Below the pieces are notes generated by a model, which searched no databases, was not told the origin of the DNA, and saw only the letters and a program-made list of their open reading frames with translations. Source: Isurus oxyrinchus (Eukaryota). Taken from it: a stretch of 64,000 nt of DNA. A program made the position numbers and the translations under genes. Shown here one piece after another: positions 30,701 through 45,700 of the stretch. The DNA is taken from the NCBI GenBank assembly GCA_026770705.1, contig JANJGN010000016.1:88412001-88476000 (forward strand), given 5' to 3'. Within the stretch, counting starts at the first letter, position 1; the number at the start of each line of letters is the position of its first letter.

Positions 30701-33700
30701 CACAGACTGGATTGTGAAGTGTGATGTACCTGAGTACACAGACTGGAATGTGAAGTGTGATGTACCTGAGTACACAGACTGGATTGTGAAGTGTGATGAA
30801 CCTGAGTACACAGACTGGAGTGTGAAGTGTAATGTACCTGAGTACACAGACTGGATTTCGAAGTGTGATGTACCTGAGTACGCAGACGGGATTGTGAAAT
30901 GTGGTGTTCCTGAGTACACAGACTGGATTGTGAAATGTGGCATTCCTGAGTACACAGACTGGATTGTGAAGTCTGAGGTACATGAGTACACAGACTGGAT
31001 TGTGAAGTGTGATGTACCTGAATAAACAGCCTGGAATGTGAAGTGTGATGTACGTGAGTACACAGACGGGATTGCCAAATGTGGTGTTCCTGAGTACACA
31101 GACTGGATTGTGAAGTGTGATGTACCTGAGTACACAGACTGGAATGTGAAGTGTGATGTACCTGAGTACCCTGACTAGATTGAGAAGTGTGATGTACCTG
31201 AGTACACAGACTGGAATGTGAAGTGTAATGTACCTGAGTACACAAACTGGAATGTGAAGTGTAATGTACCTGAGTACACAGACTGCATTGTGAAGTGTGA
31301 TATACCTGAGTACACAGAATGGATTGTGAAGTGTTTTATACATGAGTGCACAGAATGGATATTGAAGTGTGATGTACCTGAGTACACAGACTGGATTGTG
31401 AATTGTGCTTTAAGTGAGTACACAGACTGGATTGTGAAATGTGATATACGTGAGTACAGAGAATGGATTGTGAAGTGTGATGTACCTGAGTACACAGACT
31501 GGATTGTGAAGTGTGATGTACCTGAGTACACAGACTGGATTGTGAAGTGTGACGTACCTGAGTACACAGACTGTATTGTGAAGTGTGATGTACCTGTGTA
31601 GACAGCCTGGATTGTGAAGTGTGATGTACTTGAGTACACAGAGTGAATTGTGAAGTGTGATGTACGTAACTACAGACACTGGATTGTGAAGTGTGATGTA
31701 CGTGAGTACAGAGACTGGATTGTGAAGTGTGATATAACTGAATACACAGACTGGATTGTGAAGTGTGATGTACCTGAGTACGGAGACTGGATTGTGAAGT
31801 TTGATGTACCTGAAGACATAGACTGGATTGTGAAATGTGTTATGCGTGATTACACAGACTGGATTGTGAAGTGTGATGTATCCGAGTACACAGATTGGAT
31901 TGTGAATTGTGGTATACCTGAGTACACATATGGGATTGTGATGTGTGCTGCACCTGAGTACAAAGACTAGAATGTGAAGTGTGATGCATCTGAGTGCACA
32001 GACTGGATTGTGATGTGTGACGTACCTGAGTACACAGACTGGTTTGTGAAGTGTGATGTACCTGAGTACACAGACTGGATTGTGAAGTGTGATGTACCTG
32101 TGTACACAGACTGGATTGTGAAGTGTGTTATACGTGAGAACGGAGACTAGATTGTGAAGCTTGATGTACCTGTGTACACAGACTGGATTGTGAACTGTGA
32201 TGTACCTGGAAACACAGACTGGATTGTGAAGTTTGATGTACCTGAGTACACAGACTGGATTGTGAAGTGTGATGTACCTGAGTACACAGACTGGATTGTG
32301 AAGTGTGATGTATCTGAGTACACAGACTGGATTGTGAAGTCTGAGGTACCTGAGTACACAGACTGGATTGTGAAGTGTGATGTACCTGAGTAAACAGCCT
32401 GGAATGTGGAGTGTGATGTACGTGAGTACACAGACGGGATTGCCAAATGTGGTGTTCCTGAGTACACAGACTGGATTGTGAAGTGTGATGTACCTGAGTA
32501 CACAGACTGGAATGTGAAGTGTGATGTACCTGAGTACACAGACTGGATTGTGAAGTGTGATGAACCTGAGTACACAGACTGGAGTGTGAAGTGTAATGTA
32601 CCTGAGTACACAGACTGGATTTCGAAGTGTGATGTACCTGAGTACGCAGACGGGATTGTGAAATGTGGTGTTCCTGAGTACACAGACTGGATTGTGAAAT
32701 GTGGCATTCCTGAGTACACAGACTGGATTGTGAAGTCTGAGGTACATGAGTACACAGACTGGATTGTGAAGTGTGATGTACCTGAATAAACAGCCTGGAA
32801 TGTGAAGTGTGATGTACGTGAGTACACAGACGGGATTGCCAAATGTGGTGTTCCTGAGTACACAGACTGGATTGTGAAGTGTGATGTACCTGAGTACACA
32901 GACTGGAATGTGAAGTGTGATGTACCTGAGTACCCTGACTAGATTGAGAAGTGTGATGTACCTGAGTACACAGACTGGAATGTGAAGTGTAATGTACCTG
33001 AGTACACAAACTGGAATGTGAAGTGTAATGTACCTGAGTACACAGACTGCATTGTGAAGTGTGATATACCTGAGTACACAGAATGGATTGTGAAGTGTTT
33101 TATACATGAGTGCACAGAATGGATATTGAAGTGTGATGTACCTGAGTACACAGACTGGATTGTGAATTGTGCTTTAAGTGAGTACACAGACTGGATTGTG
33201 AAATGTGATATACGTGAGTACAGAGAATGGATTGTGAAGTGTGATGTACCTGAGTACACAGACTGGATTGTGAAGTGTGATGTACCTGAGTACACAGACT
33301 GGATTGTGAAGTGTGACGTACCTGAGTACACAGACTGTATTGTGAAGTGTGATGTACCTGTGTAGACAGCCTGGATTGTGAAGTGTGATGTACTTGAGTA
33401 CACAGAGTGAATTGTGAAGTGTGATGTACGTAACTACAGACACTGGATTGTGAAGTGTGATGTACGTGAGTACAGAGACTGGATTGTGAAGTGTGATATA
33501 ACTGAATACACAGACTGGATTGTGAAGTGTGATGTACCTGAGTACGGAGACTGGATTGTGAAGTTTGATGTACCTGAAGACATAGACTGGATTGTGAAAT
33601 GTGTTATGCGTGATTACACAGACTGGATTGTGAAGTGTGATGTATCCGAGTACACAGATTGGATTGTGAATTGTGGTATACCTGAGTACACATATGGGAT

Positions 33701-36700
33701 TGTGATGTGTGCTGCACCTGAGTACAAAGACTAGAATGTGAAGTGTGATGCATCTGAGTGCACAGACTGGATTGTGATGTGTGATGTAAGTGAGTACAGA
33801 GACTAGACTGTGAATTGTGATGTACCTGTGTACACAGACTGGATTGTGAAGTGTGATATACGTGAGTACACGGACTGGATTGTGAAGTGTGATGTACCTG
33901 AGTACACACACTGGATTGTGATGTCTCTTATACCTGAGTACACAGAGTGGATTGTGAAGTGTATTGTACGTGAGTACACAGACTTGATTGTGAAATGTGA
34001 TGTACCTGAGTATACAGAGCGGATTTTGAAATGTGATGTACCTGAGTACAGAGACTGGATTGTGAAGTGTCATGTACCTGTGTACACTGACTGGATTGTG
34101 AAGTGTGATTTACCTGAGTACACAGACTGGATTGTGTAGTGTGATGTACCTGAGGACACAAACTGGATTGTGAAGTGTGATGTACCTGAGTACACAGACT
34201 GGATTCTGAAGTGTGATGTAACTGAGTACACAGACTGGAGTGTGAAGTGTGATGTACCTGAGTACACAGACTGGATTGTGAAGTGTGATGTAACTGAGTA
34301 CACAGACACGATTGTGAAATGTTTTATACATGAGTACACAGAATGGATATTGAAGTGTGATGTCCCTGAGACACAGGATGGATTGTGAAGGGTGATGTAG
34401 CTGAGTACACAGACTGCATTGTGAGGTGTGGTATACCTGAGTACACAGAATGGATATTGAAGTATGATGTCCCTGAGACACAGGCTGGATTGTGAAGTCT
34501 GGTGTTCCTGAGTACACAGACTGGATTGTTTAGTGTGGAGTACCTGAGTACACAGTCTGGATTGTGAAATGTGGCATACCTGAGTACACAGACTGGATTT
34601 TGAAATGCGACGTACTGGAGTACACAGACTGGATTATGAAGTGTGATGCACCTGGGTACACAGACTGGATTGTGAAGTGTGACGTATCAGATTACACAGA
34701 CTGGTTTGTGAAGTGTGATGTACCTGAGTACACAGACTCGATTGTGAAGTGTGATGTACCTGACTACACAGACTGGATTGTGAAGTGTGATGTACCTGAG
34801 TACACAGACTGGATTGTGAAGTGTAATTACGTGAGTACACAGACTGAATTGTGAAGTTTGATGTACCTGAGTGCACAGCGTGGATTTGAAGCATTATGTA
34901 CCTGCGTACACAGATTCGATTTTGAAGCGTGATGTACCTGATTACACAGATTGGATTGTAAAACGTGGTGTACCTGAGTACAAAGATCGGATTTTGAAGT
35001 TTGTTGAACCTGAGTACACAAACTAGATTGTGATGTGTGATGTACCTCTGTACACAGACTGGATTGTGAAGTGTGATGGACCTGAGTACACAGACTGGAC
35101 TGTGTTGCGTAATGTACCTATGTACACAGAATGGATTTTGAAGTTTATTGCACCTGAGTACAATGACTGGATTGTGAAGTGTGTTAAACATGATTACACA
35201 GAATGGATAGTGAAGTGTGATGTACCTGAGTACACGGAATGGATTGTGAAGTGTGATGTACCTGAAACATAGACTGGATTGTGAAGTGTGATGTACCTGA
35301 GTACACAGACTGAATTGTGATGTGTGATGTACCTGAGTACACAGACTGGATTGTGAAATGTGATATACGTGAGCACAGAGAATGGATTGTGAAGTGTGAT
35401 GTACCTGTGTACACAGTCTGGATTGTGAAGCGTGATGTTCCTGAGTACATAGACTGGTTACAGAAGTTTTTTGAACCCGAGTACACAGACTGGATTGTGA
35501 AGTGTGACGTACCTGAGTACACAGTCTGGATTGTGAAGTGTGATGTATCTGAGGACACAGACTGTATTGTGAAGTGTATTGTACGTGAGTACAGAGACGA
35601 GATTGTGAAGCTTCATATACCTGTGTACAAAGACTGGATTATGAAGTGTGATGTACCTGTATACACAGACTGGATTGTGAAGTGTGATGTACATGAGTAC
35701 ACGGACTGGATTGTGAAGTGTGGTGTACCTGAGTACTCAGAAAGGATTGTGAAGCGCGTTGTACCTGAGTACACAGACTGGATTGTGAAGTGTGATGTAC
35801 CAGAGTACACAGACAGGATTGTGTAGTGTCTTATACCTGAGTACACAGACTGGATTGTGAAGTTTGCTGTACCTGATGACACAGACTTAATTGTGAAGTG
35901 CTTTATACGTGAGTACACAGACTGGATTGTGAAGTGTGATGTACCAGAGTACACAGACAGGATTGTGTAGTGTCTTATACCTGAGTACACAGACTGGATT
36001 GTGAAGTTTGCTGTACCTGATGACACAGACTGGATTGTGAAGTGTGATGTACCTGAGTATTCAGACTGGATTGTGAAGTGTGATGTATCAGAGTACACAG
36101 ATTGGATTGTGAATTGTGGTATATCTGAGTACACAGACGGGATTGTGATGTGTGCTACACCTGAGTACAAAGACTGGAATGTGAAGTGTGATGGATCAGA
36201 GTATACGGAATGTATTGTGAAGTGTGTTGTACGAGAGTACACAGACTGGATTGTGATGTTTGATGTAAGTGAGTACAGAGACTACATTGTGAATTGTGAT
36301 GTACCTGTGTACACAGACTGGATTGTGAAGTGTGATGTACGTGAGTACACGGACTGGATTGTGAAGTGTGATGTACCTGAGTACACACGCTGGATTGTGA
36401 AGTGTATTATACCTGAGTACGCAGAGTGGATTGTGAAGTGTGTTCTAAGTGAGTACACAGAGCGGATTGTGAAGTGTAATGTACGTGAGTACAAAGACTT
36501 GATTGTGAAATGTGATGTACCTGAGTACACAGAGTGGATTTTGAAGTGAGATGTACCTGAGTACAGAGACTGGATTGTGAAGTGTGATGTACCTGTGTAC
36601 ACAGACTGGATTGTGAAGTGTCATGTACCTGTGTACACTGACTGGATTGTGAAGTATGATTTACCTGAGTACACAGACTGGATTGTGTAGTGTGATGTAC

Positions 36701-39700
36701 CTGAGGACACAAACTGGATTATGAAATGTGATGTACCTGAGTACACAGACTGGATTCTGAAGTGTGATGTAACTGAGTACACAGACTGGAGTGTGAAGTG
36801 TGATGTACCTGATTACACAGACTGCATTGCAAGGTGTGATATACCTGAGTACGCAGACAGGATTGTGAAATGTTTTATACATGAGTACACAGAATGGATA
36901 TTGAAGTGTGATGTCCTTGAGACACAGGATGGATTGTGAAGGGTGATGTAGCTGAGTACACAGACTGCATTGTGAGGTGTGGTATACCTGAGTACACAGA
37001 ATGGATTGTGAAGTGTTTTATACATGAATACACAGAATGGATATTGAAGTGTGATGTCCCTGAGACACAGGCTGGATTGTGAAGTGTGATGTAGCTGAGT
37101 ACACAGACTGGATTGTGAAGTGTGATCTACCTGAGTACACAGACTGGATTGTGAAGTGTGCTTTAAGTGAGTACACAGACTGGATTGTGTAGTGTGTTGT
37201 ACCTGAGTACACAGACTGGAATTTGAAGTGTGATGTACGTCAGCACACGGACTGGATTATGAAGTTTGATGTACCTCAGTACACAGACTGGATTGTGAAG
37301 TGTGATGTACCTGAGTAAACACACTGGATTGTGAATTGTGATGTACCTGAGTACGCAGACAGGATTGTGAAGCGTTTTGTACCAGTGTACACAGACTGGA
37401 TTTTGAAGCATGATGTGCCTGATTACACAGACTGGATTGTGAAGCGTGGTGTACCTGAGTACAAAGATTGGATTTTGAAGTGTGTTGAACCTGAGTACAC
37501 AAACTGGACTGTGATGTGTGATGTACCTGAGTACACAGACTGGATTCTGAAGTATGATGTACCTGAGTGCACAGACTGGATTGTGTTGTGTGATGTACCT
37601 AAGTACACAGAATGGATTTTGAAGTATATTGCACCTGAGTACAAAGACTGGATTGTTAAGTGTGTTAAACATGATTACACAGACTGAATTGTGAAATGTG
37701 ATATACCTGAGAACACGGAATGGATTGTGAAGTGTGATGTACGTGAGTACAGAGACAGGATTGTGAAGTGTGATGTACCCGAGTACACAGGTTGGATTGT
37801 GAAGTGTGATGTACGTGAGTACACAGACTGGATTGTGAAGTGTGATGTACCCGAGTACAAAGACTGGATTGTGAAGTGTGATGTACCTGAGTACGCAGAG
37901 TGGATTTTGAAATGAGATGTACCTGAGGACACAGACTGGATAGTGAAATGTGATGTACCTGAGTACACAGACTGGATTGTGAAGTGTGATGTACCTGAGT
38001 ACACAGACTGGATTGTGAAGTGTGATGTACCTGAGTACAGAGACTGGATTGTGAAGTGTGACGTACCTGAGTACACAGACTGGATTGTGAAGTGTGATGT
38101 ACCTGAGTACACAGACTGGATTGTGAAGTGTGATGTACCTGAGTACGCAGAGTGGATTTTGAAATGAGATGTACCTGAGGACACAGACTGGATAGTGAAA
38201 TGTGATATACGTGAGTACAGAGAATGGATTGTGAAGTGTGATGTACCTGTGTACACAGAGTGGATTGTGAAGTGTGATGTACCTGAGTACACAGACTGGA
38301 TTGTGAAGTGTGATGTACCTGAGTACAGAGACTGGATTGTGAAGTGTGACGTACCTGAGTACACAGACTGGATGTGAAGTGTGATGTACCTGAGTACACA
38401 GACTGGATTGTGAAGTGTGATGAACCTGAGTACACAGACCGGATTGTGAAGTGCGATGTACCTGAGTACACAGACTGGAATGTGAAGGGTGATGTACCTG
38501 AGTACGCAGACGGGATTGTGAAGTATGGTGTTCCTGAGTACACAGACTGGATTCTGAAGTGTGACGTACCTGAGTACACAGACTGGATTGTGAAGTGTGA
38601 TGTACCTGAATAAACAGCCTGGAATGTGAAGTGTGATGTACGTGAGTACACAGACGGGATTGCCAAATGTGGTGTTCCTGAGTACACAGACTGGATTGTG
38701 AAGTGTGATGTACCTGAGTACACAGACTGGAATGTGAAGTGTGATGTACCTGAGTACCCTGACTAGATTGAGAAGTGTGAAGGACCTGAGTACAGAGACT
38801 GGATTGTGAAGTGCGATGTACCTGAGTACACAAACTGGAATGTGAAGTGTAATGTACCTGAGTACACAGACTGCATTGTGAGGTGTGATATACCTGAGTA
38901 CACAGAATGGATTGTGAAGTGTTTTATACATGAGTGCACAGAATGGATATTGAAGTGTGATGTACCTGAGTACACAGACTGGATTGTGAATTGTGCTTTA
39001 AGTGAGTACACAGACTGGATTGTGAAATGTGATATATGTGAGTACAGAGAATGGATTGTGAAGTGTGATGTACCTGAGTACACAGACTGGATTGTGAAGT
39101 GTGATGTACCTGAGTACACAGACTGGATTGTGAAGTGTGACGTACCTGAGTACACAGACTGTATTGTGAAGTGTGATGTACCTGTGTAGACAGCCTGGAT
39201 TGTGAAGTGTGATGTACTTGAGTACACAGAGTGAATTGTGAAGTGTGATGTACGTAACTACAGACACTGGATTGTGAAGTGTGATGTACGTGAGTACAGA
39301 GACTGGATTGTGAAGTGTGATATAACTGAATACACAGACTGGATTGTGAAGTGTGATGTACCTGAGTACGGAGACTGGATTGTGAAGTTTGATGTACCTG
39401 AAGACATAGACTGGATTGTGAAATGTGTTATGCGTGATTACACAGACTGGATTGTGAAGTGTGATGTATCCGAGTACACAGATTGGATTGTGAATTGTGG
39501 TATACCTGAGTACACATATGGGATTGTGATGTGTGCTGCACCTGAGTACAAAGACTAGAATGTGAAGTGTGATGCATCTGAGTGCACAGACTGGATTGTG
39601 ATGTGTGATGTAAGTGAGTACAGAGACTAGACTGTGAATTGTGATGTACCTGTGTACACAGACTGGATTGTGAAGTGTGATATACGTGAGTACACGGACT

Positions 39701-42700
39701 GGATTGTGAAGTGTGATGTACCTGAGTACACACACTGGATTGTGATGTCTCTTATACCTGAGTACACAGAGTGGATTGTGAAGTGTATTGTACGTGAGTA
39801 CACAGACTTGATTGTGAAATGTGATGTACCTGAGTATACAGAGCGGATTTTGAAGTGTGATGTACCTGAGTACAGAGACTGGATTGTGAAGTGTCATGTA
39901 CCTGTGTACACTGACTGGATTGTGAAGTGTGATTTACCTGAGTACACAGACTGGATTGTGTAGTGTGATGTACCTGAGGACACAAACTGGATTGTGAAGT
40001 GTGATGTACCTGAGTACACAGACTGGATTCTGAAGTGTGATGTAACTGAGTACACAGACTGGAGTGTGAAGTGTGATGTACCTGAGTACACAGCCTAGAT
40101 TGTGAAGTGTGATGTACCTGAGTACACAGACTGGATTGTGAAGTGTCTTATACCTGAGTACACAGACTGGATAGTGAAGTGTGATGTACCTGTGTACACA
40201 GACTGGATTGTGAAGTGTGATTTACCTGAGTACACAGACTGGATTGTGTAGTGTGATGTACCTGAGGACACAATCTGGATTGTGAATTGTGATGTACCTG
40301 AGTACACAGACTGGATTATGAAGTGTGATGTACCTGAGTACACAGACTGGATTGTGAAGTGTGTTAAACATTATTACACAGACTGGATTGTGAAGTTTGA
40401 TGTACCTGAGTACACGGACTGAATTGTGAAGGGTGATGTACCTGAATACACAGACTGGATTGTGAAGTTTGATGTACCTGAGCACACAGACTGGATTGTG
40501 AAGTGTGATATACCTGAGTACACAGACTGGATTGTGAAGTGTGATGTACCTGAGTACACAGACTGGATTGTGAAGTGTGATGTACGTGAGCACACAGACT
40601 GGATTATGAATTCTGATGTATCTGTGTACACATACTGGATTGTTAAGTGTGATGTACCTGAGTACACAGACTGGATTTCGAAGTGTGATGTACCTGAGTA
40701 CGCAGACGGGATTGTGAAGTATGGTGTTCCTGAGTACGCAGACTGGATTGTGAAATGTGGCATTCCTGAGCACACAGACTGGATTCTGAAGTGTGACGTA
40801 CCTGAGTACACAGACTGGTTTGTGAAGTGTGATGTACCTGAGTACACAGACTGGATTGTGAAGTGTGATGTACCTGTGTACACAGACTGGATTGTGAAGT
40901 GTGTTATACGTGAGAACGGAGACTAGATTGTGAAGCTTGATGTACCTGTGTACACAGACTGGATTGTGAACTGTGATGTACCTGGAAACACAGACTGGAT
41001 TGTGAAGTTTGATGTACCTGAGTACACAGACTGGATTGTGAAGTGTGATGTACCTGAGTACACAGACTGGATTGTGAAGTGTGATGTATCTGAGTACACA
41101 GACTGGATTGTGAAGTCTGAGGTACCTGAGTACACAGACTGGATTGTGAAGTGTGATGTACCTGAGTAAACAGCCTGGAATGTGGAGTGTGATGTACGTG
41201 AGTACACAGACGGGATTGCCAAATGTGGTGTTCCTGAGTACACAGACTGGATTGTGAAGTGTGATGTACCTGAGTACACAGACTGGAATGTGAAGTGTGA
41301 TGTACCTGAGTACACAGACTGGATTGTGAAGTGTGATGAACCTGAGTACACAGACTGGAGTGTGAAGTGTAATGTACCTGAGTACACAGACTGGATTTCG
41401 AAGTGTGATGTACCTGAGTACGCAGACGGGATTGTGAAATGTGGTGTTCCTGAGTACACAGACTGGATTGTGAAATGTGGCATTCCTGAGTACACAGACT
41501 GGATTGTGAAGTCTGAGGTACATGAGTACACAGACTGGATTGTGAAGTGTGATGTACCTGAATAAACAGCCTGGAATGTGAAGTGTGATGTACGTGAGTA
41601 CACAGACGGGATTGCCAAATGTGGTGTTCCTGAGTACACAGACTGGATTGTGAAGTGTGATGTACCTGAGTACACAGACTGGAATGTGAAGTGTGATGTA
41701 CCTGAGTACCCTGACTAGATTGAGAAGTGTGATGTACCTGAGTACACAGACTGGAATGTGAAGTGTAATGTACCTGAGTACACAAACTGGAATGTGAAGT
41801 GTAATGTACCTGAGTACACAGACTGCATTGTGAAGTGTGATATACCTGAGTACACAGAATGGATTGTGAAGTGTTTTATACATGAGTGCACAGAATGGAT
41901 ATTGAAGTGTGATGTACCTGAGTACACAGACTGGATTGTGAATTGTGCTTTAAGTGAGTACACAGACTGGATTGTGAAATGTGATATACGTGAGTACAGA
42001 GAATGGATTGTGAAGTGTGATGTACCTGAGTACACAGACTGGATTGTGAAGTGTGATGTACCTGAGTACACAGACTGGATTGTGAAGTGTGACGTACCTG
42101 AGTACACAGACTGTATTGTGAAGTGTGATGTACCTGTGTAGACAGCCTGGATTGTGAAGTGTGATGTACTTGAGTACACAGAGTGAATTGTGAAGTGTGA
42201 TGTACGTAACTACAGACACTGGATTGTGAAGTGTGATGTACGTGAGTACAGAGACTGGATTGTGAAGTGTGATATAACTGAATACACAGACTGGATTGTG
42301 AAGTGTGATGTACCTGAGTACGGAGACTGGATTGTGAAGTTTGATGTACCTGAAGACATAGACTGGATTGTGAAATGTGTTATGCGTGATTACACAGACT
42401 GGATTGTGAAGTGTGATGTATCCGAGTACACAGATTGGATTGTGAATTGTGGTATACCTGAGTACACATATGGGATTGTGATGTGTGCTGCACCTGAGTA
42501 CAAAGACTAGAATGTGAAGTGTGATGCATCTGAGTGCACAGACTGGATTGTGATGTGTGATGTAAGTGAGTACAGAGACTAGACTGTGAATTGTGATGTA
42601 CCTGTGTACACAGACTGGATTGTGAAGTGTGATATACGTGAGTACACGGACTGGATTGTGAAGTGTGATGTACCTGAGTACACACACTGGATTGTGATGT

Positions 42701-45700
42701 CTCTTATACCTGAGTACACAGAGTGGATTGTGAAGTGTATTGTACGTGAGTACACAGACTTGATTGTGAAATGTGATGTACCTGAGTATACAGAGCGGAT
42801 TTTGAAATGTGATGTACCTGAGTACAGAGACTGGATTGTGAAGTGTCATGTACCTGTGTACACTGACTGGATTGTGAAGTGTGATTTACCTGAGTACACA
42901 GACTGGATTGTGTAGTGTGATGTACCTGAGGACACAAACTGGATTGTGAAGTGTGATGTACCTGAGTACACAGACTGGATTCTGAAGTGTGATGTAACTG
43001 AGTACACAGACTGGAGTGTGAAGTGTGATGTACCTGAGTACACAGACTGGATTGTGAAGTGTGATGTAACTGAGTACACAGACACGATTGTGAAATGTTT
43101 TATACATGAGTACACAGAATGGATATTGAAGTGTGATGTCCCTGAGACACAGGATGGATTGTGAAGGGTGATGTAGCTGAGTACACAGACTGCATTGTGA
43201 GGTGTGGTATACCTGAGTACACAGAATGGATATTGAAGTATGATGTCCCTGAGACACAGGCTGGATTGTGAAGTCTGGTGTTCCTGAGTACACAGACTGG
43301 ATTGTTTAGTGTGGAGTACCTGAGTACACAGTCTGGATTGTGAAATGTGGCATACCTGAGTACACAGACTGGATTTTGAAATGCGACGTACTGGAGTACA
43401 CAGACTGGATTATGAAGTGTGATGCACCTGGGTACACAGACTGGATTGTGAAGTGTGACGTATCAGATTACACAGACTGGTTTGTGAAGTGTGATGTACC
43501 TGAGTACACAGACTCGATTGTGAAGTGTGATGTACCTGAGTACACAGACTGGATTGTGAAGTGTGATGTACCTGAGTACACAGACTGGATTGTGAAGTGT
43601 AATTACGTGAGTACACAGACTGAATTGTGAAGTTTGATGTACCTGAGTGCACAGCGTGGATTTGAAGCATTATGTACCTGCGTACACAGATTCGATTTTG
43701 AAGCGTGATGTACCTGATTACACAGATTGGATTGTAAAACGTGGTGTACCTGAGTACAAAGATCGGATTTTGAAGTTTGTTGAACCTGAGTACACAAACT
43801 AGATTGTGATGTGTGATGTACCTCTGTACACAGACTGGATTGTGAAGTGTGATGGACCTGAGTACACAGACTGGACTGTGTTGCGTAATGTACCTATGTA
43901 CACAGAATGGATTTTGAAGTTTATTGCACCTGAGTACAATGACTGGATTGTGAAGTGTGTTAAACATGATTACACAGAATGGATAGTGAAGTGTGATGTA
44001 CCTGAGTACACGGAATGGATTGTGAAGTGTGATGTACCTGAAACATAGACTGGATTGTGAAGTGTGATGTACCTGAGTACACAGACTGAATTGTGATGTG
44101 TGATGTACCTGAGTACACAGACTGGATTGTGAAATGTGATATACGTGAGCACAGAGAATGGATTGTGAAGTGTGATGTACCTGTGTACACAGTCTGGATT
44201 GTGAAGCGTGATGTTCCTGAGTACATAGACTGGTTACAGAAGTTTTTTGAACCCGAGTACACAGACTGGATTGTGAAGTGTGACGTACCTGAGTACACAG
44301 TCTGGATTGTGAAGTGTGATGTATCTGAGGACACAGACTGTATTGTGAAGTGTATTGTACGTGAGTACAGAGACGAGATTGTGAAGCTTCATATACCTGT
44401 GTACAAAGACTGGATTATGAAGTGTGATGTACCTGTATACACAGACTGGATTGTGAAGTGTGATGTACATGAGTACACGGACTGGATTGTGAAGTGTGGT
44501 GTACCTGAGTACTCAGAAAGGATTGTGAAGCGCGTTGTACCTGAGTACACAGACTGGATTGTGAAGTGTGATGTACCAGAGTACACAGACAGGATTGTGT
44601 AGTGTCTTATACCTGAGTACACAGACTGGATTGTGAAGTTTGCTGTACCTGATGACACAGACTTAATTGTGAAGTGCTTTATACGTGAGTACACAGACTG
44701 GATTGTGAAGTGTGATGTACCAGAGTACACAGACAGGATTGTGTAGTGTCTTATACCTGAGTACACAGACTGGATTGTGAAGTTTGCTGTACTTGATGAC
44801 ACAGACTGGATTGTGAAGTGTGATGTACCTGAGTATTCAGACTGGATTGTGAAGTGTGATGTATCAGAGTACACAGATTGGATTGTGAATTGTGGTATAT
44901 CTGAGTACACAGACGGGATTGTGATGTGTGCTACACCTGAGTACAAAGACTGGAATGTGAAGTGTGATGGATCAGAGTATACGGAATGTATTGTGAAGTG
45001 TGTTGTACGAGAGTACACAGACTGGATTGTGATGTTTGATGTAAGTGAGTACAGAGACTACATTGTGAATTGTGATGTACCTGTGTACACAGACTGGATT
45101 GTGAAGTGTGATGTACGTGAGTACACGGACTGGATTGTGAAGTGTGATGTACCTGAGTACACACGCTGGATTGTGAAGTGTATTATACCTGAGTACGCAG
45201 AGTGGATTGTGAAGTGTGTTCTAAGTGAGTACACAGAGCGGATTGTGAAGTGTAATGTACGTGAGTACAAAGACTTGATTGTGAAATGTGATGTACCTGA
45301 GTACACAGAGTGGATTTTGAAGTGAGATGTACCTGAGTACAGAGACTGGATTGTGAAGTGTGATGTACCTGTGTACACAGACTGGATTGTGAAGTGTGAT
45401 GTACCTGAGTACACAGACAGGATTGTGAAGTGTGATGTACCTGAGTACACAGACTGGATTGTGAAGTGTGATTTACCTGAGTACACAGACTGGATTGTGT
45501 AGTGTGATGTACCTGAGGACACAATCTGGATTGTGAATTGTGATGTACCTGTGTACACAGACTGGATTATGAAGTGTGATGTACCTGAGTACACAGACTG
45601 GATTGTGAAGTGTGTTAAACATTATTACACAGACTGGATTGTGAAGTTTGATGTACCTGAGTTCACGGACTGAATTGTGAAGGGTGATGTACCTGAATAC

